The notes under the pieces: generated by a model
Seen by the model: the letters and a program-made list of their open reading frames with translations, nothing else
What the model was told of the DNA's origin: nothing
Databases searched by the model: none
Translations under genes and position numbers: made by a program
Part shown: piece by piece, positions 53,649 through 63,383 of the stretch
Layout: each line of letters starts with the position of its first letter
Position numbering within the stretch: position 1 is the stretch's first letter
From: FCB group bacterium
GTDB lineage: Bacteria > Fidelibacterota > Marinisomatia > Marinisomatales > J089
Direction: 5' to 3'
DNA: 63,568 nt
Assembly (NCBI GenBank): GCA_013152835.1
Contig: JAADFQ010000088.1
Coordinates: forward strand, 1 to 63,568

Positions 53649-54527
53649 ATGAGAGTCACACAATCCATGATTACTCGGAGTTTATTACAGAGTATTAACA
53701 CATTGCGCGGATCGATGGATACGATTCAATCATCGATTGCTACCGGCAAGCGGGTAACAAAAGCCAGTGATGATCCGGAGAAATATCTTCAGGGAACTCG
53801 TTTCCGACAGGCTATCTCCAGGAATGAACAGTATTTGAAGAATATCGACAGTGCAAAATCATGGATTAATGAAAGTCTGACTTCCCTGGATGATCTTCGG
53901 GGCTATGTCATGAACGGGAAAGAATTAGGAATTCAAGGCGCCGATATATCCAGCTCGGGTATCAGATCCATTCTTGCCGATAATGTGAACCAGATCATCG
54001 AAGATGTTGTGGCCACGACCAATAAATCGTATCTGAACCGGAATATTTTTGCCGGGACTTTGACCCAGGGTGTGACACCCTTTGAATTTGATGGGACGAC
54101 CGTCACGTATAATGGGAACACCACGACTATGACTCGCCAGATAGGAGAATCATTGAGTGTAGAAATCAACGTTACTGGAAGCCAATTGGAATCCACCGGA
54201 CTCTTTAGTGCGCTTATTGATCTTCGGGATGCCTTACAAACCGGCGATACCAGTGGAATTCAAACAGCCATGAGTGATCTGGATGACGCTGCCGATGGTG
54301 TAAATGCTCTTTCAACGGCTTTGGGATCAATTACGAATCAACTTGACCTTTCTCAGCAGCATTTAGAGGCGGCAAATGTGAATCTGGCCGGGTATCTTTC
54401 TAAAGTAGAGGATACGGACCTGGCGGAAGCCATGACAAAATACAATAATCGTGAAATGGCATATCAGGCAGCCTTAATGACAACATCTAGAGCAATGCAA
54501 CTCAATATTATGGAGTTCATTAAATGA
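53649..54527 (+). CDS. flgL: hook-filament junction protein FlgL (HAP3)
   Basis: MRVTQSMITRSLLQSINTLRGSMDTIQSSIATGKRVTKASDDP. SD GGAGG lies before ATG 53649; the track ORF begins at 53625. Confidence 0.92.
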   Translation: MRVTQSMITRSLLQSINTLRGSMDTIQSSIATGKRVTKASDDPEKYLQGTRFRQAISRNEQYLKNIDSAKSWINESLTSLDDLRGYVMNGKELGIQGADISSSGIRSILADNVNQIIEDVVATTNKSYLNRNIFAGTLTQGVTPFEFDGTTVTYNGNTTTMTRQIGESLSVEINVTGSQLESTGLFSALIDLRDALQTGDTSGIQTAMSDLDDAADGVNALSTALGSITNQLDLSQQHLEAANVNLAGYLSKVEDTDLAEAMTKYNNREMAYQAALMTTSRAMQLNIMEFIK

Positions 54528-54991
54528 CACAACCACAAACCAGTCCACTACCGCTCCCTATGGAACCGGATCATTTACCGAATCTGGGGTGGGATTTCGA
54601 AATCGAAGTTTTTTCCCGGGCTCATTTTAAATTCGGCTTACCTGGATTCGAACATCTAAGTCAGTTCGTCATAGCGTCCGTAAAGGATTTCCCGCCTTTC
54701 CATATACTCATATCCAAAGCCGAGCCTGAAGTCAATCTATTGATAATCAATACCCAACTCTTATCAATCTACCAGACAATCGATATTCCCGTTATGGAAT
54801 TCAAGAAGATAGGCACTTCAAACCGGGAGGATGTGGATTCATATGTTGTTGTAAAAGTGAACGCAGAAAAAAACACGCTAACGGTAAATCTCAGGGCTCC
54901 CATTTTGATTCATAAAAACACCTTATCTGCATATCAGGCCATTCTGGATCGTCGCGATTTGTCAATTGAATATCCATTGATCCCGGCCTGA
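54524..54991 (+). CDS. fliW: flagellar assembly factor FliW (CsrA antagonist)
   Basis: FEIEVFSRAHFKFGLPGFEHLSQFVI...PPFHILIS...VNLRAPILIH. Confidence 0.9.
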   Translation: MTQPQTSPLPLPMEPDHLPNLGWDFEIEVFSRAHFKFGLPGFEHLSQFVIASVKDFPPFHILISKAEPEVNLLIINTQLLSIYQTIDIPVMEFKKIGTSNREDVDSYVVVKVNAEKNTLTVNLRAPILIHKNTLSAYQAILDRRDLSIEYPLIPA

Positions 54992-55006
54992 TCGGAAAGA
55001 ATTCAT

Positions 55007-55273
55007 ATGTTAATATTGACAAGGAAGTCAGGTGAAAAAATCAGGATCGGAAATGATATTCTGATCCAACCGATGAAAACGGCCAAAGGAAAAGTAAAAA
55101 TCGGTATTACAGCACCGGAAAGTATTCCAATTTATCGTGAGGAAATATATGTCCAGATTCAAACCGAGAATAAAGAATCCCGGCTGGATCAGGATTTGCA
55201 TCTTTCCTTATTGGAACAATTCGCAGAAACAAATCAAGAAACCATGGTAAAGGAAACAGGAGAAGAGATATGA
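55007..55273 (+). CDS. csrA: carbon storage regulator CsrA (flagellar type, extended C-terminus, 88 aa)
   Basis: MLILTRKSGEKIRIGNDILI...KVKIGITAPESIPIYREEIY. Confidence 0.95.
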   Translation: MLILTRKSGEKIRIGNDILIQPMKTAKGKVKIGITAPESIPIYREEIYVQIQTENKESRLDQDLHLSLLEQFAETNQETMVKETGEEI

Positions 55274-55830
55274 AATCGAATCTGGAGTTGGCTGAATCCT
55301 TTTTAAGTCACCAAAACTTCATTATGGCCCGCGAGATGTACGAGAAAGCACTTCGGGATGATGCGGAAGCAGAGGGATTATTCGGATTGGCTCTTTGTGC
55401 TTACCAGGAGGGTGACACGGTAACCTGTCTTAAATCATTAAACGAATTGCTGGAAAAACAGCCCGGTCATGCCGGTGCGTTTAATTTGTCGGGAATGATC
55501 GCGGCGGATAATGGCGACCTGGAAGGTGCGGAAAAATTATTTGTATCAGCGATCAGATGCAATCCTGAAATGGTGGAAGCTCAAAGGAATTACGGGGAAA
55601 TTCTGGTCGCCAAGGAAGATTATGAAAACGGCGTTAAGGTCCTGGATACAATTTTAAAAAAACACCCCGACGATATCCCCACGATTCTGACCATGGCCGA
55701 ACTAAGTCTTGAAGCCGGAATGACCAAAGAAACCCTGTTGTATCTGAATCAGGTTATGGATCTGGAACCGGAAAATGAGGCCGCCCTGGAACTTGTGGAG
55801 AAGATAGAGAGAACATTGGCCGAAGTTTAG
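55270..55830 (+). CDS. TPR-repeat protein coupled to csrA (ATGA overlap)
   Basis: Repeated 34-residue A/Y/G/P pattern: AREMYEKALRDD, GAFNLSGMIAADNGDLEGAEKLFVSAIRCNP, AQRNYGEILVAKEDYENG. Confidence 0.7.
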   Translation: MKSNLELAESFLSHQNFIMAREMYEKALRDDAEAEGLFGLALCAYQEGDTVTCLKSLNELLEKQPGHAGAFNLSGMIAADNGDLEGAEKLFVSAIRCNPEMVEAQRNYGEILVAKEDYENGVKVLDTILKKHPDDIPTILTMAELSLEAGMTKETLLYLNQVMDLEPENEAALELVEKIERTLAEV

Positions 55831-55866
55831 ATATTTGGTTAACCACAGGAAATTACCGTAAGGATT

Positions 55867-56802
55867 ATGGAAAAAATACTGATCACCGGAGGAGCCGGTT
55901 ACATTGGTTCGATATTAACAGAAAGCTTGTTACATGCAGGCTATCGGGTTACTGTTCTGGATAAACTAATCTATGGAGAAGCTCATCTCCGTCATTTGTG
56001 TTATAATTCCGATTTCCTGTTCGAGTTTGGCGATGCCAGGAATCCGGTTGAATTACGGCCATTGTTGAAATCCGCCGATGTGATCATACCCCTGGCAGCG
56101 GTGGTAGGAGCACCAGCCTGCGATCGGGATCCTGAGGTGGCAAAATCCACTAATTATAACGCTGTTGTGACATTGGATGAGTTAAGGAGCTCGGATCAAT
56201 TAATTGTATATCCAACGACCAACAGCGGGTACGGTACAAAAACAGGAAGTGTTTATTGTACAGAGGAAACACCTTTAGAACCCATATCACTCTATGGTAA
56301 GACCAAAGTCGAGGCTGAATCACACCTATTAAAGAGTCCCAATACTATAACTTTACGATTAGCTACTGTTTTTGGTATGTCACCGCGAATGAGACTGGAT
56401 TTATTGGTTAATCATTTTGTATACACAGCAATAACTGATGGTTACATTATACTATTTGAAAAAGACTTTAAGCGGAATTACATCCATATTCGGGATGTAG
56501 CAGATTGTTTTTTATTTTGCATCGAACATCGGGAAAGGATGATCGGACGACCTTTTAACGTGGGATTGGATGATGCCAATTTATCGAAGGAAGAGCTGGC
56601 TCAGACAATTAAAAACCATATTCCCCGATTTTTTATTCACTGTTCCGAAATAGGCAGTGACCCGGATAAACGTAACTATATCGTTTCCAATAAACGTTTG
56701 GCTGAGATTGGTTTTAAAGCCCAAATCACACTAGATGAAGGAATCGAAGAATTGATCAAAGGATACAAGATGTTGGGAAGACACCCATATAAGAATATTT
56801 AG
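55867..56802 (+). CDS. NAD-dependent sugar epimerase/dehydratase (extended SDR)
   Basis: ILITGGAGYIGS, and the catalytic YGKTK. Confidence 0.85.
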   Translation: MEKILITGGAGYIGSILTESLLHAGYRVTVLDKLIYGEAHLRHLCYNSDFLFEFGDARNPVELRPLLKSADVIIPLAAVVGAPACDRDPEVAKSTNYNAVVTLDELRSSDQLIVYPTTNSGYGTKTGSVYCTEETPLEPISLYGKTKVEAESHLLKSPNTITLRLATVFGMSPRMRLDLLVNHFVYTAITDGYIILFEKDFKRNYIHIRDVADCFLFCIEHRERMIGRPFNVGLDDANLSKEELAQTIKNHIPRFFIHCSEIGSDPDKRNYIVSNKRLAEIGFKAQITLDEGIEELIKGYKMLGRHPYKNI

Positions 56803-56810
56803 GTGACACG

Positions 56811-57548
56811 TTGCAAAAGGAATTTGACATCCGGCAAAAAATTACACCGGTTATTCTGGCGGGAGGATTGGGAACCAGGTTGCGACCAGTTTTGTCCGAT
56901 CGGCCCAAAGTACTGGCACCTGTGAAGGGAAAACCTTTTCTATCGATTCTCCTTGAACAACTGGTTGGTTTTGGTTTTAACCGCACCTTACTCTGTGTTG
57001 GTTATCGTTCCGAACAAATTATACAATCCATCGGAACGCGATACCAATCCCTGGCAATAGACTATTCGATTGAATCAAAACCGCTGGGGACGGGAGGAGC
57101 AATTCTGCCGGCGATTCAACATATTGATACGAATTATCTGCTTATTTTAAACGGTGATTCGTTCGTTCCATTTGACCTGATTTCATTTTATTCGTTCCTG
57201 CGATTCAGGAGCGCTGAAGGTGGGATTATCGTTTCTTACCGAAAATCCGGTTCTGCATATGGAAATGTGGAATTTGGGAAACAGGGACAGATAACTCAAT
57301 TCCGTGAAAAGCAATCGGTAGCCGCAGGTTGGGTCAATACAGGGGTCTATTTAATTTCGACAGATTGGTTCACTGGGTATAAAATCGGTAAGAATTTTTC
57401 TATAGAGCGTGATTTTTTTCCTGCCTGGACACGAAAAGCCTTTTTTGCATACACAATTTCTTCCTCGTTCATTGATATTGGTACGCCCATATCTTATCGA
57501 TCCAGTGAAAAATTTTTCTCAACCCCAAGTTTAAGGGGAAGGTTATGA
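56811..57548 (+). CDS. sugar-1-phosphate nucleotidyltransferase (HddC-like)
   Basis: TTG start. PVILAGGLGTRLRPVLSDRPKVLAPVKGKPFL. Confidence 0.8.
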   Translation: MQKEFDIRQKITPVILAGGLGTRLRPVLSDRPKVLAPVKGKPFLSILLEQLVGFGFNRTLLCVGYRSEQIIQSIGTRYQSLAIDYSIESKPLGTGGAILPAIQHIDTNYLLILNGDSFVPFDLISFYSFLRFRSAEGGIIVSYRKSGSAYGNVEFGKQGQITQFREKQSVAAGWVNTGVYLISTDWFTGYKIGKNFSIERDFFPAWTRKAFFAYTISSSFIDIGTPISYRSSEKFFSTPSLRGRL

Positions 57549-58681
57549 TTATTAGTAGAACACCCTATCGAATTTCTTTTCTGGGCGGCGGAACTGATTA
57601 CCCGGAATGGTATCTTCAACATGGCGGCGCAGTGCTCTCTACATCAATCGATAAATTCTGTTACATCATGTGCCGAAAACTTCCCCCGTTTTTTGAACAT
57701 AAATATGCGATCCGTTATTCTCGAATTGAAAATTGTACTACGCTGAATGAAATCCAACATCCAACGGCTCGGGAAGCATTGAAATTTCTAAATATACATG
57801 AGGGCGTAGAAATCAATCACGATGGTGACTTGCCAGCACGGAGCGGTATGGGGTCCAGTTCATCGTTTACCGTGGGTCTCCTCAATGCGCTTTATGCGTT
57901 AAAAGGAATTATGCCGAATAAAATGCAATTGGCCAGAGAATCCATAACCATTGAACAACAATTGGTTCGTGACACAGTGGGGTCACAGGATCAGGTTGCG
58001 GCTGCATACGGTGGATTGAATCATATCCAATTTTTACAGAATAGTGAAATCATTGTGAATCCTATGATTATTCCCAGCGAGAGAATGGCTGAATTCAATG
58101 ATCAACTCATGCTTTTTTATACTGGGATTATGCGTACAGCTTCTAATGTAGCAGAAAGCTATGTAAAGAATATTTCAGAACGAAAACGTCAAATGCGAAT
58201 CATGAATGATCTGGTCAATGAGGGGATGTCGATATTAAGCAGCGGCCAGGATCTTCAAGAATTTGGGAAATTGCTGCATGAGGCTTGGCAAGTCAAACGT
58301 TCTTTCAGTTCGTTGATTAGTAATCCTATTGTTGATGATATTTATCAACAGGCACGTTCTGCCGGTGCGTTGGGCGGAAAACTCTCCGGTGCAGGTGGTG
58401 GCGGATTTATGCTCCTCTTTGTCCCTAAAGAAGCTCAGGATGCCGTAAGGCGAAAATTAACGTCGTTAATTCATGTACCATTCCGGTTCGAATTCAACGG
58501 GAGCCAGGTCGTTTTTTATGATCCGAACATGGATTACAAACCATTGGTAGGCGAACGATATAAAAAACCCACAAAAGCATTTCAAGAATTAAGTGTTCTG
58601 GCCGGATATCATGATCAATATGCAAAAAACGGCCACCAGGCAATAGAATCAGGGCAAGCTAATGCGGAAATCCGCAGCTAA
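57545..58681 (+). CDS. GHMP-family sugar kinase (HddA-like heptose-7-phosphate kinase type)
   Basis: MIISRTPYRISFLGGGTDYPEWY, the GHMP motif LPARSGMGSSSSF, and GGKLSGAGGGGFMLLF. Confidence 0.8.
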   Translation: MIISRTPYRISFLGGGTDYPEWYLQHGGAVLSTSIDKFCYIMCRKLPPFFEHKYAIRYSRIENCTTLNEIQHPTAREALKFLNIHEGVEINHDGDLPARSGMGSSSSFTVGLLNALYALKGIMPNKMQLARESITIEQQLVRDTVGSQDQVAAAYGGLNHIQFLQNSEIIVNPMIIPSERMAEFNDQLMLFYTGIMRTASNVAESYVKNISERKRQMRIMNDLVNEGMSILSSGQDLQEFGKLLHEAWQVKRSFSSLISNPIVDDIYQQARSAGALGGKLSGAGGGGFMLLFVPKEAQDAVRRKLTSLIHVPFRFEFNGSQVVFYDPNMDYKPLVGERYKKPTKAFQELSVLAGYHDQYAKNGHQAIESGQANAEIRS

Positions 58682-58685
58682 TCTT

Positions 58686-59546
58686 ATGACAGTAGAAATA
58701 GCTTCCCCGGCCGTGCTAAATATGGATTTGAACCAGAAAGGACGTCAGATTCGCGCAACCTGTATTCAAATGGCTCATGACGCAAAAGAGAGTCATGTTA
58801 AAGGTGCGTTAAGCTGTGTGGATATTTTGGTCACCTTGTTTAATGGAGTGTTAAAATATGATGTAGAGAATTTTGCTAATGCTCATCGGGATCGTTTCAT
58901 TTTCAGTAAAGGACATGCTGCCTCGGCTTTGTATGCAACATTAGCGGATGTTGGAATTATTCCGAAGACTCTGCTCAAGTCCTATGGTCAAAGTAATTCC
59001 CCGTTACCTAGTCATCCCTGTAAACATATGCTAAAGGTATTGGATTGGTCATCTGGTAGTTTGGGGCACGGGTTAGGCGTTGGAACTGGAATGGCGTATG
59101 CCTTGAAATTAAATCATTCATCCTCACGCGTCTTTGTCCTGATAAGCGATGGAGAGTGTAATGAAGGAAGTACGTGGGAGGCAGCGCAATTTGCCATTGC
59201 TAATAAACTGGATAATCTAATCGTAATTGTTGATAATAATGGTAGCCAATCAATTGGATATACGGAAGACATCCTGGGACAGGCAAATATTGCAGAAAAA
59301 TTCGGTGTGTTTGGCTGGACAACGTTGGAATGCGATGGTCATTCCAATTCGGAGTTATTCGAGGCCTTCCAATCCACCAATATCAAACAAGATCGTCCTT
59401 CTGTAATCGTAGCCCATACAGATCCGGGGAAGGGTCTGGATTTTCTGAGCGACCACATTTTATGGCATTACCGGACACCATCTTCTCATGAAGTATTATT
59501 AGCAAAACAGCAACTGGATTGCAATTCCCTGGTGGAAGAGTTGTGA
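58686..59546 (+). CDS. transketolase, N-terminal (ThDP-binding) subunit
   Basis: GHVKGALSCVDIL...SKGHAASALYA...GSLGHGLGVGTGMA...ISDGECNEGSTWEA. The start is taken at ATG 58686; the track ORF begins at 58662. Confidence 0.85.
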   Translation: MTVEIASPAVLNMDLNQKGRQIRATCIQMAHDAKESHVKGALSCVDILVTLFNGVLKYDVENFANAHRDRFIFSKGHAASALYATLADVGIIPKTLLKSYGQSNSPLPSHPCKHMLKVLDWSSGSLGHGLGVGTGMAYALKLNHSSSRVFVLISDGECNEGSTWEAAQFAIANKLDNLIVIVDNNGSQSIGYTEDILGQANIAEKFGVFGWTTLECDGHSNSELFEAFQSTNIKQDRPSVIVAHTDPGKGLDFLSDHILWHYRTPSSHEVLLAKQQLDCNSLVEEL

Positions 59547-59547
59547 C

Positions 59548-60474
59548 GTGAGGAAAGCATTTGCAGATACGCTATTCGATTGTGCCCTACAGGATGAACG
59601 TATCCTATTACTTACGGGTGATCTTGGGTATCAATTGTTCACTTCTTTTGATGAAACATTTCCGAACCGGTTTATTAATGTCGGTGTAGCTGAAGCCCAG
59701 ATGATGGCCGCCGCAGCTGGCCTGGCCGTCGAGGGCTTTAAACCGGTAGCTTACTCCATCGCTTCCTTTGCCACTGCCCGTCCTTTTGAACAGATTCGTT
59801 ATTGTATCGGATATCCGCAATTACCCGTTCTAATCGTTGGGGCCGGGCGCGGCTTATTATACGGACAAAGTGGCGTTTCCCATCATGCAATGGATGATGT
59901 TGCCCTGATGAGTGCTATCCCGGGAATGACGGTAGTTCTCCCCGGTGATAAAACTGAATTGGCAGCCCTGTTACCGCAATTGATTGAGTTAGATTCACCT
60001 TCTTATATGACCGTTGGACGATATGGCGAACCGACATATATCGCTGACGAGGAAATACGATTAGGGCAATGTCGCTTATTGCGTCCCGGTGAAAAACTAA
60101 CGCTGTTCAGTACGGGTGAAGTTGCAAACGAAGTGGTCAATGCCGTAGATATTTTGAATCAATCTGGCATCTTCCCCAAAGCATACCAGGTTCACACAAT
60201 AAAACCTTTAGATTTCGAATGTCTGGAGTCGGAAGCGGAATTGTCAGATGTTTTCGTTGTAATTGAGGAACATTTACCGCAGGGAGGCTTATGGAGTGCT
60301 ATTGCCCAATGGAAAGCGGAATATAATTCACCAGTTCAACTGGTTCGGATTGGCCCTCCGGATGCTTTTTTATTGGGGAATAAACGTCGTAACGAATACC
60401 GGAAAGATTATTTTATCGATACCAAGGGTCTGGTAAACAAAATTAGTGAATTATGGAATACCGATGGCATATAA
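59548..60474 (+). CDS. transketolase, C-terminal (pyrimidine-binding) subunit
   Basis: GTG start. FINVGVAEAQMMAAAAGLA...SHHAMDDVALMSAIPGMTVV. Confidence 0.85.
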   Translation: MRKAFADTLFDCALQDERILLLTGDLGYQLFTSFDETFPNRFINVGVAEAQMMAAAAGLAVEGFKPVAYSIASFATARPFEQIRYCIGYPQLPVLIVGAGRGLLYGQSGVSHHAMDDVALMSAIPGMTVVLPGDKTELAALLPQLIELDSPSYMTVGRYGEPTYIADEEIRLGQCRLLRPGEKLTLFSTGEVANEVVNAVDILNQSGIFPKAYQVHTIKPLDFECLESEAELSDVFVVIEEHLPQGGLWSAIAQWKAEYNSPVQLVRIGPPDAFLLGNKRRNEYRKDYFIDTKGLVNKISELWNTDGI

Positions 60475-61411
60475 ACGAATTCTGGTAACGGGAGGAAGTG
60501 GATTACTTGGAACCGGATTAAAACAAATTGTAAATGAGTTTCCAGGTAGAGAATTTTTTTTCGTCAGTTCGATAGATTGTGATCTGACACAAGCTGATCA
60601 AACCAATTCACTGATAAATGCATTTCAACCGGATGCTATCATGCAATATGCAGCCAAAAGTGGTGGAATCGCATATAGTCAAAAATTCCCAGCCACTCTT
60701 CTTCGTGATAATATATTAATGAATCTTAACATACTGGATTCGGCATTGAAACTGGGTGTGAAAAAAGTCGTTTTGTCGCTGTCTGTCGGGATGTATCCGC
60801 AGAAAGCTCCGATTCCCTTGAAAGAAGAATATATTCATGATGGTATGCCTCATTCCAATAATGCCAGTTATGCTTTTGCCAAGCGTCTTTTAGATCCGGC
60901 TGTCAGAGCCTATCGTCGGCAATACGGTATGAATGTGATCGGATTTGTTCCCAACGGAATATTTGGTGAGAATATGAATTATCGGTATGATGAATCTATC
61001 ATGTTGGCAGCACTGATCCGTCGCTTTTATGAAAAAAAAGATACACAGGATAGATTGGAAGTTTGGGGCGACGGTACTCCACTTCGCGAATACACGTATT
61101 CCCGTGACATGGCCAGGGCCAGTATGTGGTGTTTGGATCATTATGATGAAGAACAGTTCCTTAATATCGGTACAAATGAGGAACGTTCCATTAAGGAGAT
61201 AGCCGAACAGATTAGTTCGCTGCTAGAAATTGATCAGGCTCGTCTATACTTCAATACGGATAAGCCGAATGGAATCCATCGAAGAAATACCGATAATTCC
61301 CGGTTTCTATCGATTTCAAAATTCGACTATACACCCTTCAAGACGGGATTAAAGAATACAATTAACTGGTTCATCGACCATTATCATTCAAAGAATGGGA
61401 TTCGGTTATGA
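60464..61411 (+). CDS. NAD(P)-dependent sugar epimerase/reductase (GDP-fucose-synthase-like SDR)
   Basis: ILVTGGSGLLG, and the catalytic YAFAK. ATG 60464 overlaps the upstream stop. Confidence 0.75.
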   Translation: MAYKRILVTGGSGLLGTGLKQIVNEFPGREFFFVSSIDCDLTQADQTNSLINAFQPDAIMQYAAKSGGIAYSQKFPATLLRDNILMNLNILDSALKLGVKKVVLSLSVGMYPQKAPIPLKEEYIHDGMPHSNNASYAFAKRLLDPAVRAYRRQYGMNVIGFVPNGIFGENMNYRYDESIMLAALIRRFYEKKDTQDRLEVWGDGTPLREYTYSRDMARASMWCLDHYDEEQFLNIGTNEERSIKEIAEQISSLLEIDQARLYFNTDKPNGIHRRNTDNSRFLSISKFDYTPFKTGLKNTINWFIDHYHSKNGIRL

Positions 61412-62421
61412 AGTATCGCTTATTTGGAAATACAGGCAAAAAGGTATCGGAACTGGGATTCGGAACCTGGGGGCTTAGCGGAACGTCTTACGGTCCGGTG
61501 GATGACCGAGTATCTATTAAAGCACTAAAAACAGCTTTCGATCAGGGTATCAACTTTTTTGATACAGCTGATCTTTATGGTGATGGTCATAGTGAAGCGA
61601 TTCTTGGAAAAGCGCTTGGAAGGAAGCGTGACCAGATATTTATCGCCACGAAGGGGGGGACCCTGCCGCATACGGGATTTTACATGCCGCAGGACTTTTC
61701 TATAGATTATCTAAACCGGGCTTTGGAAAACAGTCTGACGCGATTAAAAACGGATTACATTGATTTATATCAATTACACAGTCCAGAGGTAATCAGTTTA
61801 GATCTGGATAATATTTTTACATTTTTTGAGAAGAAGGTTCAGGAAGGTAAGATTCGGTATTTTGGTATTTCCTTGCGATCTCCGGTAGATGGAATGAAGA
61901 TTCTAACCACTTACCATCTTGATGCCATTCAGGTAAACTATAATTTAATCGACCAACGAGCCGAAGAAATCGGTCTGTTTAATCTCTGTTCAGAAAAAGG
62001 TGTGGCTGTCATTGTTCGTACACCGCTATGCTTCGGTTTTTTAACAGGACAATATACAGGAGAGGAGCTATTTACGCCGCCTGATCACCGGGCGAATTGG
62101 CCACATGCTCAGATCCAAAGGTGGGCTCAAGCGACGAATTTATTTTCACCATTAAACGAAAATAAAAACAGAACGCTTCCCCAATTAGCTTTAGCATTCT
62201 GTTATTCGAATCCGGCAGTATCCAGCGTCATACCTGGAATGATGAATTCAACAGAGGTAATAGAAAATGTGCAAACACTTGATTTACCCGATCTATCTGC
62301 TGGAGAAATGGATTATATCCAAAGTGTGTATCGAAATAATTCCTTTTTTGATCAGACCATAAAACAGACGTCCATTACAAAATCCGTAAAAGCAAAAGAA
62401 TATCGTGCGATTATTGAATAA
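61408..62421 (+). CDS. aldo/keto reductase
   Basis: LGFGTWGLSG...GINFFDTADLYGDGHSE...YIDLYQLHSP. Confidence 0.85.
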   Translation: MKYRLFGNTGKKVSELGFGTWGLSGTSYGPVDDRVSIKALKTAFDQGINFFDTADLYGDGHSEAILGKALGRKRDQIFIATKGGTLPHTGFYMPQDFSIDYLNRALENSLTRLKTDYIDLYQLHSPEVISLDLDNIFTFFEKKVQEGKIRYFGISLRSPVDGMKILTTYHLDAIQVNYNLIDQRAEEIGLFNLCSEKGVAVIVRTPLCFGFLTGQYTGEELFTPPDHRANWPHAQIQRWAQATNLFSPLNENKNRTLPQLALAFCYSNPAVSSVIPGMMNSTEVIENVQTLDLPDLSAGEMDYIQSVYRNNSFFDQTIKQTSITKSVKAKEYRAIIE

Positions 62422-62422
62422 G

Positions 62423-63370
62423 ATGAATTCTCTGGTTAAATCTCAAGAAATCAAGATCCAATTAAACCAATTATGTGCGGTATGGGGTATAGAACCATCA
62501 AATATCCATCCAGAGGGTAAAATTATTCTTGAAGAATCCGATCTTTCATATGAATACCCTTCGAAAGAAGATAGGGATAATCATATTCATAAGGTATTAG
62601 TTCTGATAGCAAATAGACTTCGGAAACGTTCTACGAAAGAAAACAAAGTTGCATTCCAGGACGGATGGGAGGAAAACTTAAAACTGTGTCTTGAAAGTGG
62701 TGTCTCAATTCAAAATCTTAAACCAAAATATCTTAGGCCTTATGATTTAATCAGGGGAAAAGAAGATTATATATGTCCGAAAGACCCTAATATATTGGAT
62801 AAACTATATTCATTGTTGATATTGCAATCAGCTTTTACTTATTTTAGAAATGTTAATGTCGTTTATGAATTTGGGTGCGGAACTGGCCAATACTTATATC
62901 AACTCAATAGAATTTTCCCTGAAATGGAAATGGCCGGTCTTGATTGGGTGGATTCATCGCAAAAGATTTTGAAACTGATCCATGATAAGTACCCAAATAT
63001 TACCGGTAAAAAGTTTGATATGCTCAATCCCGATCACAATTTCAAATTGGTACCGGAATCTGGTATATTGACCGTAGGTGCGCTTGAACAGGTTGGATCT
63101 CAATTCAGACCTTTCCTCAATTATCTTTTATCACAAAAACCTAAAATTGTTGTGCATCATGAACCAATCGAAGAGTTTTATCAACAAGATAATCTTTATG
63201 ATTATTTAGCCTATCAGTATCATACTTCGAGAGGTTATTTATCGGGGTATTTAACCGAATTAAAAAAATTAGAGAAGAAAGGGCAGTTAAAAATTCTGAG
63301 GACCCAAAGATTTCCTTTCGGGGACCCATTTCATGAATCCGGTTCATTAATCGTGTGGATGCCAGTTTGA
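62423..63370 (+). CDS. putative SAM-dependent methyltransferase, markedly AT-rich gene
   Basis: Motif I-like VYEFGCGTGQYL. The start is taken at ATG 62423, after the upstream stop. Confidence 0.55.
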   Translation: MNSLVKSQEIKIQLNQLCAVWGIEPSNIHPEGKIILEESDLSYEYPSKEDRDNHIHKVLVLIANRLRKRSTKENKVAFQDGWEENLKLCLESGVSIQNLKPKYLRPYDLIRGKEDYICPKDPNILDKLYSLLILQSAFTYFRNVNVVYEFGCGTGQYLYQLNRIFPEMEMAGLDWVDSSQKILKLIHDKYPNITGKKFDMLNPDHNFKLVPESGILTVGALEQVGSQFRPFLNYLLSQKPKIVVHHEPIEEFYQQDNLYDYLAYQYHTSRGYLSGYLTELKKLEKKGQLKILRTQRFPFGDPFHESGSLIVWMPV

Positions 63371-63383
63371 TTTTGGGATAACA

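Noticed and set aside
459-63347. About 110 additional track ORFs of 60-140 aa, nested in or antisense to the large genes (for example 459-887, 1305-1532, 4042-4308, 8871-9140, 23328-23657, 30439-30831, 47282-47662, 63141-63347)
   Set aside because: Each lies entirely within, or antisense to, a long ORF that has clear family motifs. Their translations are low-complexity or Arg/Ser/Pro-rich in the way typical of off-frame reads. None has an SD or independent genomic context.
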